Origin: Takakia lepidozioides
Lineage: Eukaryota > Plantae > Bryophyta
Direction of reading: 5' to 3'
NCBI GenBank assembly: GCA_030704615.1
Contig: CM060733.1
Location: 12,028,001-12,092,000, forward strand
Length of the DNA: 64,000 nt
Within the stretch, counting starts at the first letter, position 1. The number at the start of each line of letters is the position of its first letter. This document shows positions 12,272 to 22,720 of the stretch, one piece after another. The notes under the pieces are model-generated. The model had not been told where the DNA came from and made no database searches. It saw only the letters and a program-made list of their open reading frames with translations. The translations under genes and the position numbers were made by a program.

Positions 12272-14479
12272 ACGATTTTGGGTGCCCTTCCATCGTGTTA
12301 AATGCAGTGTGGGCATTCTTCAGTCTTCACGACCAAGCAAGTGCGGTTGATATAATTGCAGTTCAAATTATGAGGTGCATCCTTTGCCATAACCCCAGCT
12401 TTTCCCCTGAACCACCTGCAAGTTCTCAGAGCTCCAAGCAACGTCCCACCAAGTGAGCCAGGAAAGGCTTGGTCCAATATAACCCTAGCCATAGATCTAC
12501 CTCTATGAAGAACCACCTGCTAAACAAACATGCGAGTGATTTTACACGATATAAGACAGAGTCTGAAACTGTTGAGGGTGGGGTGGGGGCAGGCAGGAAT
12601 AAATGCAAAAACTTAAAGATTGTGATTGGAACCCTCGGCAATCACTGATTACTTCGGAGGTCAAGAAGGTTACAAAAAGAATGATCTTAAGCAAGTAAGG
12701 TTCATCGAGGACCTTGTCCTCTTCATTGCGAAAGGGTATGAGGCATTGTCAAGTGTGGAATCGCCCTGGTTGCGCCGACTTGTTATGAGCAGACCCTAAG
12801 ATCCATTTTCCCACCTGAAAGCAGCTGGTGAAGGACCACATCCCCAGCCTACTTGCAAAGACAATGGAAACTTATGTCTTACCTGCATTAGCTAGTTGTG
12901 CAATTGCTAGTGTGACTTTCAATTTGTGGATGAGTAGGACAGGATTCGACACCTTTTGTTTGATCGCCAATTTTATAGATGATGCATGGGTGCCTAGACA
13001 TGTTACTGTGGGGCTGTTCGAGGCACCCAACACTGTTGGGGCAGCCCTAGCTGAAATTGTGAAACCTTTGTTGGTAGAATTCCAACTCACAGATAAGATA
13101 ATAGCATACGTGAAAGATGAGGGATCGAATCTGAATACCCTAGCCACAGCTCTCTCTTCTGTGATTTCATGTGCGCCATTGCAGCTTGCAAAGCCCTTTG
13201 CAGGTTGGTGCTTTGGCCACGCGATGAGTAAAGCTTGCCAATACGCGACAAACAATGTGAAATTGTGTGGAGCAGAACAACGTGGACTAAGAAGTCTGGG
13301 AAGGAGGCTTTTGCAAAAGACAATCACGTGGACTAAGAAGTCTGGGAAGGGGAGGCAGGATTGGGCCAAAACCTGCATTGAGGCTGGGCTACCGGCACGC
13401 AAGCTGAAGACTCCCGTCAAAACTCGATTTGCAAGTAAGGTAGTTTTATTTCAAGAAACCCTGGAGTATGCGGATGCCATAAACATATGTTACCGGAGGC
13501 AATCACTTCAGTTACAAAGCTCAAGTGCCCAGTGGGCTTACTTGGGCAATTGCCCGAGCTGTACAACAGAGACTCTCACACCTATGGTACAACATTGTGT
13601 GCTCCACCAAACACATGGGTACTGGTTTTTTTCTGCTGCGTTAAATGCAGCCATTTTTAGCCTTAAGCTACAAGGTGAGTACAACCGTTGAGCAAGTGCA
13701 TAGCCACCTCTTATGTGTGGAGAGTCTGATTCGGAGCTCAAGATTCTTCATGCCCGCATGGCAGCAGAGGCAGTGAATGTGTACTGCAACCTTTCTTGTC
13801 CTGTGCATGTGCATTTCATGGAGATAAAACACACAATATGCTCGCTCTAATGCTTGACCCTAGGTTCAAGAGCTTACAATGCGTAACTGAGTTTGTGGGC
13901 AGGGACAAAGCAAGGATTATTGTATCTGAATATGACAAGAAAGCCATGATACCTTTGCTTGTGAAGGTCGGCCGGTTCTTGAATCCAAGTGATGGCACCG
14001 GCAATGCAACCCAACCACCAGATCTGTGTGCAGATTCACTTTTCGAATCTGCTCTAGTGTCAGCTGAGGAAATCAATGAGGCAATGCTTGCATCTGAGCT
14101 ATCTTTATTCTGTCGCATGCCTATTGTGAATGCAGAGACAGTGAAGCCTCTTACATGGTGAAAAGAGCATGCAGTGAGGTTCCCCAATGTTGCCTTCTTG
14201 GCCTAGCAGATCCTTGGAATTTCGGGATCACAAATTGAGACCAAGCAGAACTTTTCAGTGGCAGGATTACGACGTTCTCGTCTTGGAATTACCAATCTTG
14301 ACTCGTTTGTGATGATCTACAAGAACTGGTCCACAGACGCGAGAGAAGGATGTTCTTTTGCGTCCTCTACTGTTGCAGAATTCTACTCCAGAGAGGCAAG
14401 GATCCTTGATAACCACGAGGACGAGTTGGGGGAGGCTAGTTACTTGCAAGAGGATTTCTCTCTTTTGAATCACAAGTAG
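12272..14479 (+). pseudogene. Decayed hAT-superfamily transposase, copy 2 (5'-truncated paralog of copy 1)
   Basis: RFWVPFHR, VWAFF, MRCILCH, SVTFNLW, YVKDEGSN, KTRFASK, MLDPRFK and SQIETKQNFSVAG motifs are collinear with copy 1. Contains stops and frameshifts. Confidence 0.9.
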
Positions 14480-14563
14480 CCTGTGACGTACCAAAAACTA
14501 GAGCAGGTGCTTAGGAAGTTTATTCCCTACTTGGACCACCACCAGATTCTTGATGGTCAGATT

Positions 14564-15083
14564 CTCGCTGGCTTTCCACCCATTCAGGTTGTTTCATTTT
14601 TACATTTTGAGAATCAATTGTAAGGGCTTGCCTAGATGATCATAATTTTGCACTTGTTGCTTGTCACCAATTAATGTCTGGTTTCTTCAATTGTTAGCTC
14701 TGAAAAGTCATGTAGGAATTTTTGTAAAGAGGGGACAAAGCTGGTCAATTGGTGATGATTCAAGTGAGGTTGCAATTTTTGGAGAGGATGCAATCTTCAG
14801 TTAACTATTTTCTGGCGTTTGTGGTCAAATACTCGCTGGCTTTCCACCCATTCAGGTTGTTTCATTTTCACATTTTGAGAATCAATTGTAAGGGCTTGCC
14901 TAAATGAGCAGAATTTTGCACTTGTTGTTTGTCACCAATTACTGTTTGGCTTCTTACAATGGCAGCTCAAGGTCATGTAGGAATTTTTGTAAAGAGGGAA
15001 CAAAGCTGGTAAATTGGTGAACGATTCAAGTGAGGTTGCAATTGCAACTTCCAGTTAACTATTTTCTGGCTTGTGTGTCAAAT
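14564..15083. repeat. ~268-bp direct tandem duplication
   Basis: ctcgctggctttccacccattcaggttgtttcatttt... starts at 14564 and again at 14832. Confidence 0.85.
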
Positions 15084-16039
15084 TCTCAGTTTTGAAGTGC
15101 TGGATAAAGCTTTATGAAGACGGTATGATGCGGACAGGATGGAATGCTGAAGGTGACAAGGGTGGTGGTGGCAAGGAAAAGGCCTTTTCGAATAATTAGG
15201 GGAGCATTTGAATGCAGTTGTTTTGATGCAATTGACCTCCTTCTCATGATCCGCCTGACGTGCTGACCAACACCGTTTCAATGCTCCCTGGGGCAGTTTG
15301 TTACCATATTTTTTGTTCAGAGTGACTTCAACACCTTTTGAACACATGCATTTTTTGTCGGTCTTTTACTGAAATAAGCTGATAGGTTTGTTGGCATTGG
15401 AATGCAACAGCTTCTAATTTCAAAGGGGCTTGTGCCTTGTTTGGACTCAAGCTGAAAGGTAGGTCGTCATGGGCGTGCCTTTGCTTCTGATGTATATGCC
15501 CAGTTAACCAGTATGTTCTTTCGTTTGCATTCTTGTCTGCTTGTGTCTTTTAGCATTTCCCTTCGTGAGACACTGACAGTTTGGTATGAATATGAGCTCC
15601 AGTGAGCATTTCAGACGTATCAGGCAGTGCAGGCTGGACAAATTGCTCAGACTCCCTGCAGGGGAAGTGGAAATCTGGTCTTGGCTATCATGACTGCACA
15701 GAGAAATAACTGAAAGACAGTTCTGACAATTGTACTGTAAACAAAGGCTCAACATCATAACTACCAATGATTTTTGGACCCGCAGTGTGGGAGATGTGGA
15801 ATTTTGAGTACTTTCAGTCGTTGGAAATTCGGGAAAAAATAGCAAAATGGGCTTTTTTGGAACAGTGATTGGCCTTCACGTGGGAAATTGGGAATTTCAA
15901 GTATTTTTGGTCACTAGAAATTCACGAGAAGTAGCAAAGTGGATATATCAATATAGGAAGCCTTCATAGGGGAGATTGCAGAAATAGCAAAGTGGGCTTT
16001 GTTGGAAAAATGACATGGAGATCTCCCAAATTATTGGAT

Positions 16040-16436
16040 GCATATGGGATTGCACTTGGACTTGCATGACATTGGACACCGGAGGTCGCACTTGGGCCTC
16101 TACATGGGAGAAGCACTTGGATACATATGAGATTGCACTTGGGCTTAGATTTCAATTCTTCACACATGGGCCTCGACATATGAGATACACTTGGATACAT
16201 AAGGGATTGCATTGGGACTTAGATGACACTGGACACTTGGGCCAACAACACAGGCTACCCTAGAGGTCGTACTTGGATATATTATTCTTCACACATGGGC
16301 CTCGACATAGGAGACGCACTTGGATACATAAGGGATTGTACTTGGACTTAGATGACATTGGATGCTTGGGCCAACTGCACAGACCGCTTAGATTTCAATT
16401 CTTCACACATGGGCCAACGGCACAGGCTACCCTAGT
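16040..16436 (+). mobile_element. Helitron-like non-autonomous repeat (left arm of an inverted pair)
   Basis: Internal cacttgggc/cacttggatacat subrepeats; ends gggccaacggcacaggctaccCTAGT; reverse-complement copy at 17254-17607. Confidence 0.5.
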
Positions 16437-17096
16437 ATACCATAGAATGAACGCCACATGTCCCTCGCCATTGTGGCACCCCTATATTAGCTCTAAGAAA
16501 TATATAATTGGACCATATAGCCATAGTTCTCTGTTTTTATTTAAATACGGTATCCATAATAAAGTCACCCAATTTTATTTCTAAAAATATCTAACTCGCA
16601 GCACTTGATTTCTAGTACTACATGTGGAAGTTCCGACCATAGAATTTCTCCACAATGTAAATTTTATATTCAAGGAATATATGTTACCCTATATGTTTTT
16701 GCACGCCGTTTGGAAAAAAAATGAAGTGACTTCCCCGGGCTTATAACATGGGGTTCTTATCACTTACAAGTACTTTGAGTGGAAGTGACCAGTGGCCTAC
16801 TACTCAGTTACTTGTCAAGTGTCAAATGATTTCACTTGTTGAGTGTAAGATGAGTTAGATGGTGCCACGTGTTAGTCTGGGATCAGCTAGAAGCTACTAC
16901 GGCGTTAGGCGTTAAACTTTAGATAAATGAGTGTATTTAAGTTTATGTGTATTAGTGTGTGGAGTTATTTTTTGCAACGCTCCTGTTGTGACCCTTGGGG
17001 AGTCCGATTGGGGGGCTAGTGTCATTTGTGGGGCTAGTACATTGGATCCTTGGGGGCAATGGATGGATAGTATATAGCATACATTGACCACCAAAT

Positions 17097-17252
17097 TGTA
17101 GCCCAGTGGTAATGGGTACATACCATCGTGGTTGTGGGTTCAATCCACTGATTGGTGTCACAAAAGTGTCCACCTTCCTGCTGGAAGGTAGTAGCCTTCA
17201 GGGTGAAGAGACACCATAATTTGTACTGCTTTGGGGAGGCGTCATATATAAT
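17097..17252 (+). mobile_element. tRNA-derived SINE-like element, family A
   Basis: A-box TAGCCCAGTGG, B-box GGTTCAATCC, tail GTCCACCTT..GGTGAAGAGACACCATAATTT..GGAGGCGTC plus an AT-rich end. Confidence 0.7.
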
Positions 17253-17253
17253 A

Positions 17254-17607
17254 TGTACGAGGGTAGCCTGTTCCGTTGACCCAAGTGTGCAATGTCATCT
17301 AAGCCCAAGTGCAAGATCTGTTATATATATATCCCAGTGCGTCTCCTATGTCGAGGCCCAAGTGCAACCTGTAGGATAGCCTGAGCCGTTGGCCCATGTG
17401 TGAAGAATTGAATCTAAGACGAAGTGCAATTTCCTATGTATCCCAGTGCGTCTCATATGTCGAGGCCCATCTAAGCCCAAATGCAATCTTCTATGTATCC
17501 AAGTGCATCTCCCATGTAGAGACCCAAGTGTCCAGTGTTATCTAAGCCCAAGTGCAATCTCCTATGTATCCAAGTGCGTCTCCTCTATCGAGGCCCATAT
17601 AAGCCCA
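17254..17607 (-). mobile_element. Helitron-like non-autonomous repeat (right arm, inverted)
   Basis: Reverse complement of the 16040-16436 subrepeats, including gggtagcctg..ccgttg.ccca. Confidence 0.5.
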
Positions 17608-19333
17608 GGGCCAATCATTGTTGTAGATGTTTGTTTAGTTACAAGGAATGTGTGGTGCATGAATGAACTAATGTTGAAAAGAACATTGTATACATGAACA
17701 AAATGATTCACAAATGGGAATTTGGTGAAAGAGTTAGAAGTTTATAATAATACTTATGTATATACAATCATATGTTGAGAAAACCAATTTATTTTCCATG
17801 AATTTATTGAGAAGTAATATATCCAATCATTATTGATTTAATTTATGTTTTTCCTTCTTCGACCCCGCGCCACGCGCTCCTACAATTGATTTGAAACAAT
17901 TTCATGAGGATCGAAGATAGACAACAAAAGCAGCCTAGATTCGAGAGCAAGGTGAACAATAGGTACAAACCTTTCTCTTTGATTGGAGTTCTTTTAAAAG
18001 CCTTCGAGGATTTCTTGCGAGTGCCTCCGCAGCTGCGGTGATATAATCTGGTAAAAGAGTTAGAAGTCTATATTATTACTTCTGTATAATATACAATCAT
18101 ATATTGGAAAAACCATTTTTTTCCATGAATTTATTGAGTAGTAATATATCCAATAATTATCGAGGCTCCAATCATTGTCCCAGGAAAGCCCACTTTGCTA
18201 TTTTTCACGAATTTCCAACGACCAAAAGTACTTGAAATTCAACATCTCCCACACCACAAGTCCAAAAATCATGAGACCAATCCGGTGCACCCCTCCTCAC
18301 CAAGGGCTTTCCAAGGGTACCAAGCACAAGAGCTGGCCCCGCGGTTTGGAACATCTCAATGCTACAAAACAAAACAAAACAAACAAACAAACTACCTTGC
18401 TTCATATATTGATTGTTATGATATGCATATGATGCCAACCGAAGGTAGTGTAAATAAGAGCCTCTTCCCCATGCGGCTACTGGGGTGAAGAGACACATGT
18501 AATTTACATTTCCTTCAGGAGGCGTCATATATTGTTGTTGTTATTATTATTATTATCATAGCATACATGCCGGCTTGTGTTTGGACGAGGCTGCATCAAA
18601 GCATTAGCCTCAAGAAGATGTCATGGTGCTTGAAGAAACACATGATTGGCCAATCAGATAGAGTCCACCAGTGCTATGTAGCCGACAAAACAACAAAACA
18701 ACAAAATTATGGACATGACAACACACATATTTACATTTCATTTGAACTGCTTGAGGCCTTGACCGGACCAGATGATGTTCCTTTGGCCTTATGTGAATTG
18801 CCAAAAATCAAAGTATATCCATGAGGCTCCAATGACCGTATATATTTATTTGTATTTATTTCTACCAAAGAGGGAAGGGGCCTTCAAACATGAAGTGAGG
18901 GGAAAAAAAAAAAAAAAAACCCTACAAAGCACCATTGGGCATTGAATTTTTAATTTCGAGATCAGAAAATACCAATGTCTAAAAATAAGATATATTTAGT
19001 TAATCTTCAATTATCTTAAAGTCAATGAATGTTAAGTACATATTTCTAGTACAACGTTCATCCATCTGGTTGACTTATGATTTCTTCCTCATTATTTTTA
19101 TTAGACACAACACCCATGAGAATGTGGGAGCGAATGAGAATATCAATTTTGCGGCCACTCAATCCAAAAACGTCATTCCTCAAGTCCTCATATTGAAACT
19201 CATCCAGAAATTCCCTACTTTTCTGGCTCTCTCTCTTATGCATAAATACCGGTTGAGTTTTTGCCTTTGTTTTCTAGGGCGATTTTGGGGCATAATTTGG
19301 TTGTTATGGGAAGCCCTCCCAACAGGGATCTGC

Positions 19334-19589
19334 GTATAGGGTGAGCCCCCAAGAGGACACCCTAGATGACAAATCTTACCATGCGTAAAAATCGGTGGCT
19401 CCCCCTGATAGAAAAAACTAGCTAATTTGGGGATCTTCCTAGCGGAAGGTCCAGCCATTCCCCCCGGCCACACTGGCTGGACCTTTTGCTTGGATGATCC
19501 CCAAATTAGCTAATCACGGGGAGCCACCCGATTTTTACGCAGAAGAAGGTTTGTCATTTGGGGTGTCCTCTTGGGGGCTCACCCTATAC
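19334..19589. mobile_element. Foldback MITE (256-bp imperfect palindrome)
   Basis: gtatagggtgagcccccaagaggacacc... pairs with ...ggtgtcctcttgggggctcaccctatac along almost the whole length, with a short central loop. Confidence 0.8.
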
Positions 19590-21032
19590 CCTCGGGCTAC
19601 AGCCCTCGGGTCTAGGTCTCCCCCTCAAGAACACCCTCTATGTCATACCTTACCCTACACAAAACATGTTAGAGTTTGTAGTTTGGACCAAGAAGAGCCT
19701 CACTTGATAAAGCACAAATTCCCACAAGATTGAGCATATGCGGATTCCACAATGGAAATGAACCATGTGTGTAGTAAAGAACCTTGAGAGACAATGACAA
19801 TATCTTTCAGACCTCATGGTGTTTACACCTCTCGCCTATGGGAATGATAAGCTCTGGCTTACAAAAGGTAACGGTCGATTTGCCCCATGGGTGAACCTTT
19901 CGTTGCCTTTAGCCAAAAATTTGGCATCTCCTCGGTTTGCCATGCTAATTTTTCCCTTGGGTATGACCTCCTAGCCTTCAAATTTGTTGGCTCCTCCCTA
20001 AGGAGAGACCAAGCATTGATTGTTTTCTCCCGATGTACCTTCCCCAATTAACACTTGTCTATTACGATCATACATTCCACAATAAATAGCCATTTTTCAG
20101 TATACTCTAGATTCTCAATTGTTACCCATTCATTCATAACTAGTGATTGTTATAATTTCATCATATTCAGTTCCCTTCAGATTTATCCCTTCAGCTCTAT
20201 TATATTCATTTTCTCTCAGTTTTATCATAATGACTTCCACTATATTCAATTCCTTTCAGTTTTACCACATTGAATTCCATTATACTCAGTTCTCTTCAAA
20301 TTTATCCCTCCAATTTCACATTGAATTTTAATTTTTTGCATTTGTTCCTTGCATTTAATTTATTATTAATATTCTCTATCGAGTGAAAACATAAAATACT
20401 GTGATGTCAAATAAATTTCACATTTATTTGTTAATTGTTATCCTCACTGATTTTGTCAGTGCTGACAGTTTTGATTTAATGTTTTAAAAATTTACCATTT
20501 TTATTTCAATAAAATCAGGACTGCCAGCAGTAGCATTTCAGTTTTGTAACTAGGGTGGAGCCATTACGCAACTAGCCGCTTGTTAAGAAACAATTGTCTG
20601 ACTTCCTAATATACTTCTTGCCTTTTCTGTGGAAAAAAAAACCAGCAGCCCGTAGCTGAGACCAATAGTGTACTTTGTGTCACACCGGTGGTTTGGAGCT
20701 CAGATCCTGTAACCTTGTCATATGTGCTATGGGTTCCTGGCTGTTTGGCCTGGGAATGATGTCCGCAGTACACATCATGGTTTATGTGAAAAGGGTTTCC
20801 TTACTTTAAGAGTAAGAAAAAAATCGTCCTACCTTGTCACATGTTACCGCTGCCCTTTCTAAGAGAATCCCCCCCACCCCCCTCTTATTAATAAGATGTG
20901 AGGGCTTCCATCCCCTCTTTGAAAAAAGAAAAAGGAACTATGGGGCGGTGTCCCCCCTTTTCTCTGCCTCCCGGGCCTGTAATGTGAGGTTATTTTTTCC
21001 TCTTCAATATATTCTGGTCTATGTTAGACCTT

Positions 21033-21162
21033 TGTTTTTTTTTTCCAAAGAAACACCAGCCGGCATTGAGGGGAAAATAAACCCCTTTTCTGAGCCATGG
21101 AGACATTACAGGGCCATAGGCGCCCCAACCCGAAGGCAGAGAGACAAATGACAGGGGTTTGA
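21033..21162 (-). mobile_element. SINE-like family B, 5'-truncated copy
   Basis: Reverse complement matches 6695-6830 (tcaaacc..gtctct.tgccttcggg.tggggcgc..ccctgtaatg.ctccatggct..gctggtgtttc + polyA). Confidence 0.7.
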
Positions 21163-21174
21163 TTTTTTTTAAAT

Positions 21175-21312
21175 ATTTAAATATAGACGCCTAGTGAAGG
21201 GAGCGTAAATTATGGTGTCTCTTCACCACAAGGGTTACTGCCTTCCAGCTGAAAGGTGGACACTTTTATGACACACCAGACCGTGGTATGTGCCCACTAC
21301 CACTGGGCTACA
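21175..21312 (-). mobile_element. SINE-like family A copy
   Basis: Reverse complement of TGTAGCCCAGTGG...GTGTCCACCTTTCAGCTGGAAGG...GGTGAAGAGACACCATAATTTACGC. Confidence 0.7.
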
Positions 21313-21366
21313 CTAATGCTTGTCAAAACAAGAAAAACAAAAAGATGACATGCTTATTTGGAAGAC

Positions 21367-22022
21367 AATAGGAATAATGTAAGAACTTAATGGACGCGTT
21401 CAAGCTGAAGGTACTTTCGCCGGATTGGGGCAGCCTGCGCTCCTCTTGGGGGGGGCCCTGTCAAATCCTCCCCACCCCATCTTACCTCGGTTTCACTATT
21501 ACATACTTAAGAATCCAGGTGGGTTTCAAGCTGTGTGGGTTGTGTGACGGTAAGGTGATAGCATTTCAGGCGGCAAGGTTCCGGGTTCGATTCTTGATGG
21601 GAGGCTCTTGTAGTGTAATCCTGAGTAACCCCGGTCTCCCATGTAACTCTATGTAACTAACCCCTATCTCTCATGTAACTTTGGGTAGTCCATTTTATAC
21701 TTAGCCAAATTTCGAGACCAAGTGTGAGTTACAACATGTGGAGTTACACTCCATTCTGCGTAACCCCGAGCGGAGTTACACACCTCGTCATGTAACCCAA
21801 TGTAACCCCAAGTGGAGTTACACACCTCGTCATGTAACCCAATGTAACCCCAAGTGGAGTTACACACCCTCGTCGTGTAACCCAGTGTAACCCCGACTGG
21901 AATTTACGAATTTACACTCCTTCAGTTCTCAAGAGAGGGTGGGGAAGATTTGACATGCCGGAAACCAGCACCATCCTGTCAGAGGTTGCACGTGTGCGTT
22001 AAGTTCTTGCATTATTCCTATT
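21367..22022. mobile_element. TIR element (MITE) carrying an internal ~42-bp hairpin minisatellite
   Basis: TIRs AATAGGAATAATGTAAGAACTTAA / TTAAGTTCTTGCATTATTCCTATT, a second inverted block (tgtcaaatc..ccccacc / ggtggggaagatttgaca), and tandem tgtaaccccaagtggagttacacacctcgtca units at ~21730-21900. Confidence 0.75.
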
Positions 22023-22720
22023 ATCGTCCTATTTATTTAGTTACTCTATACATAGAAATAAGTGGTGATTTATAGGAAACTGCACAGAAAATCAGGAAAT
22101 GAGAAGTTCATGCGAAATGGGGGAAGGACGTGGCTGATGGGGAGGGCAGGGCTACTTGGCTACCGGCTTACTTCTTGGAGCTCCTCACACCACGTTGGTT
22201 GCGCTGCGATCATCGTCAGCTTCACCAGCCCTTGTCTGGAATTCGGCTGTATCCTGTCGATCTGCGTTGGGGCTTGTGCCTTTGGCGGATCTGAAGCAGA
22301 ATTTGTAGAGGGTAGGAATGACTTTTGGGTTAGAGTGTTTGGTCGGATGTGATCGATTTCCGTGTCTAGACCTGAAATGTTGGATCCGTGTTTCTGGTGT
22401 TGTTGCACTGAAAGCTTGATCAGCAGCAGGGTTTTTCTGTTTGGAAGATGTTGATGACGCATTTGGGTTAGGCTCGTTGCTTTGCTGACCGGATCGTACC
22501 TGTCTGCAAAGATAAAGGATGGTGTTGGTATTGCCTTGCTCTGCAATGCCGCTTGTAATTGGAGGCGTTAATAGTTGCTTTGGACTCGCTTCTTGTGGTG
22601 GTGGAGTTATGATGCGAGTTATAGAGAGGCATCGATCAAGGAAATGATCGATGCGTTGTTTGTTGAGTAAGAAAAGAGGCTAGGGGTTGGGGTGGGGATG
22701 CACGAGAACGGGGAGGTTGG

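Noticed and set aside
17097-17170. Genuine tRNA gene
   Set aside because: A and B boxes are present but no complete cloverleaf or acceptor stem can be drawn, and the sequence continues into a repeated tail, so it was treated as a SINE.
17195-17225. Hammerhead ribozyme in the SINE tail (GTGAAGAG)
   Set aside because: The core needs CUGANGA plus a downstream GAAA with flanking stems; these are not present.
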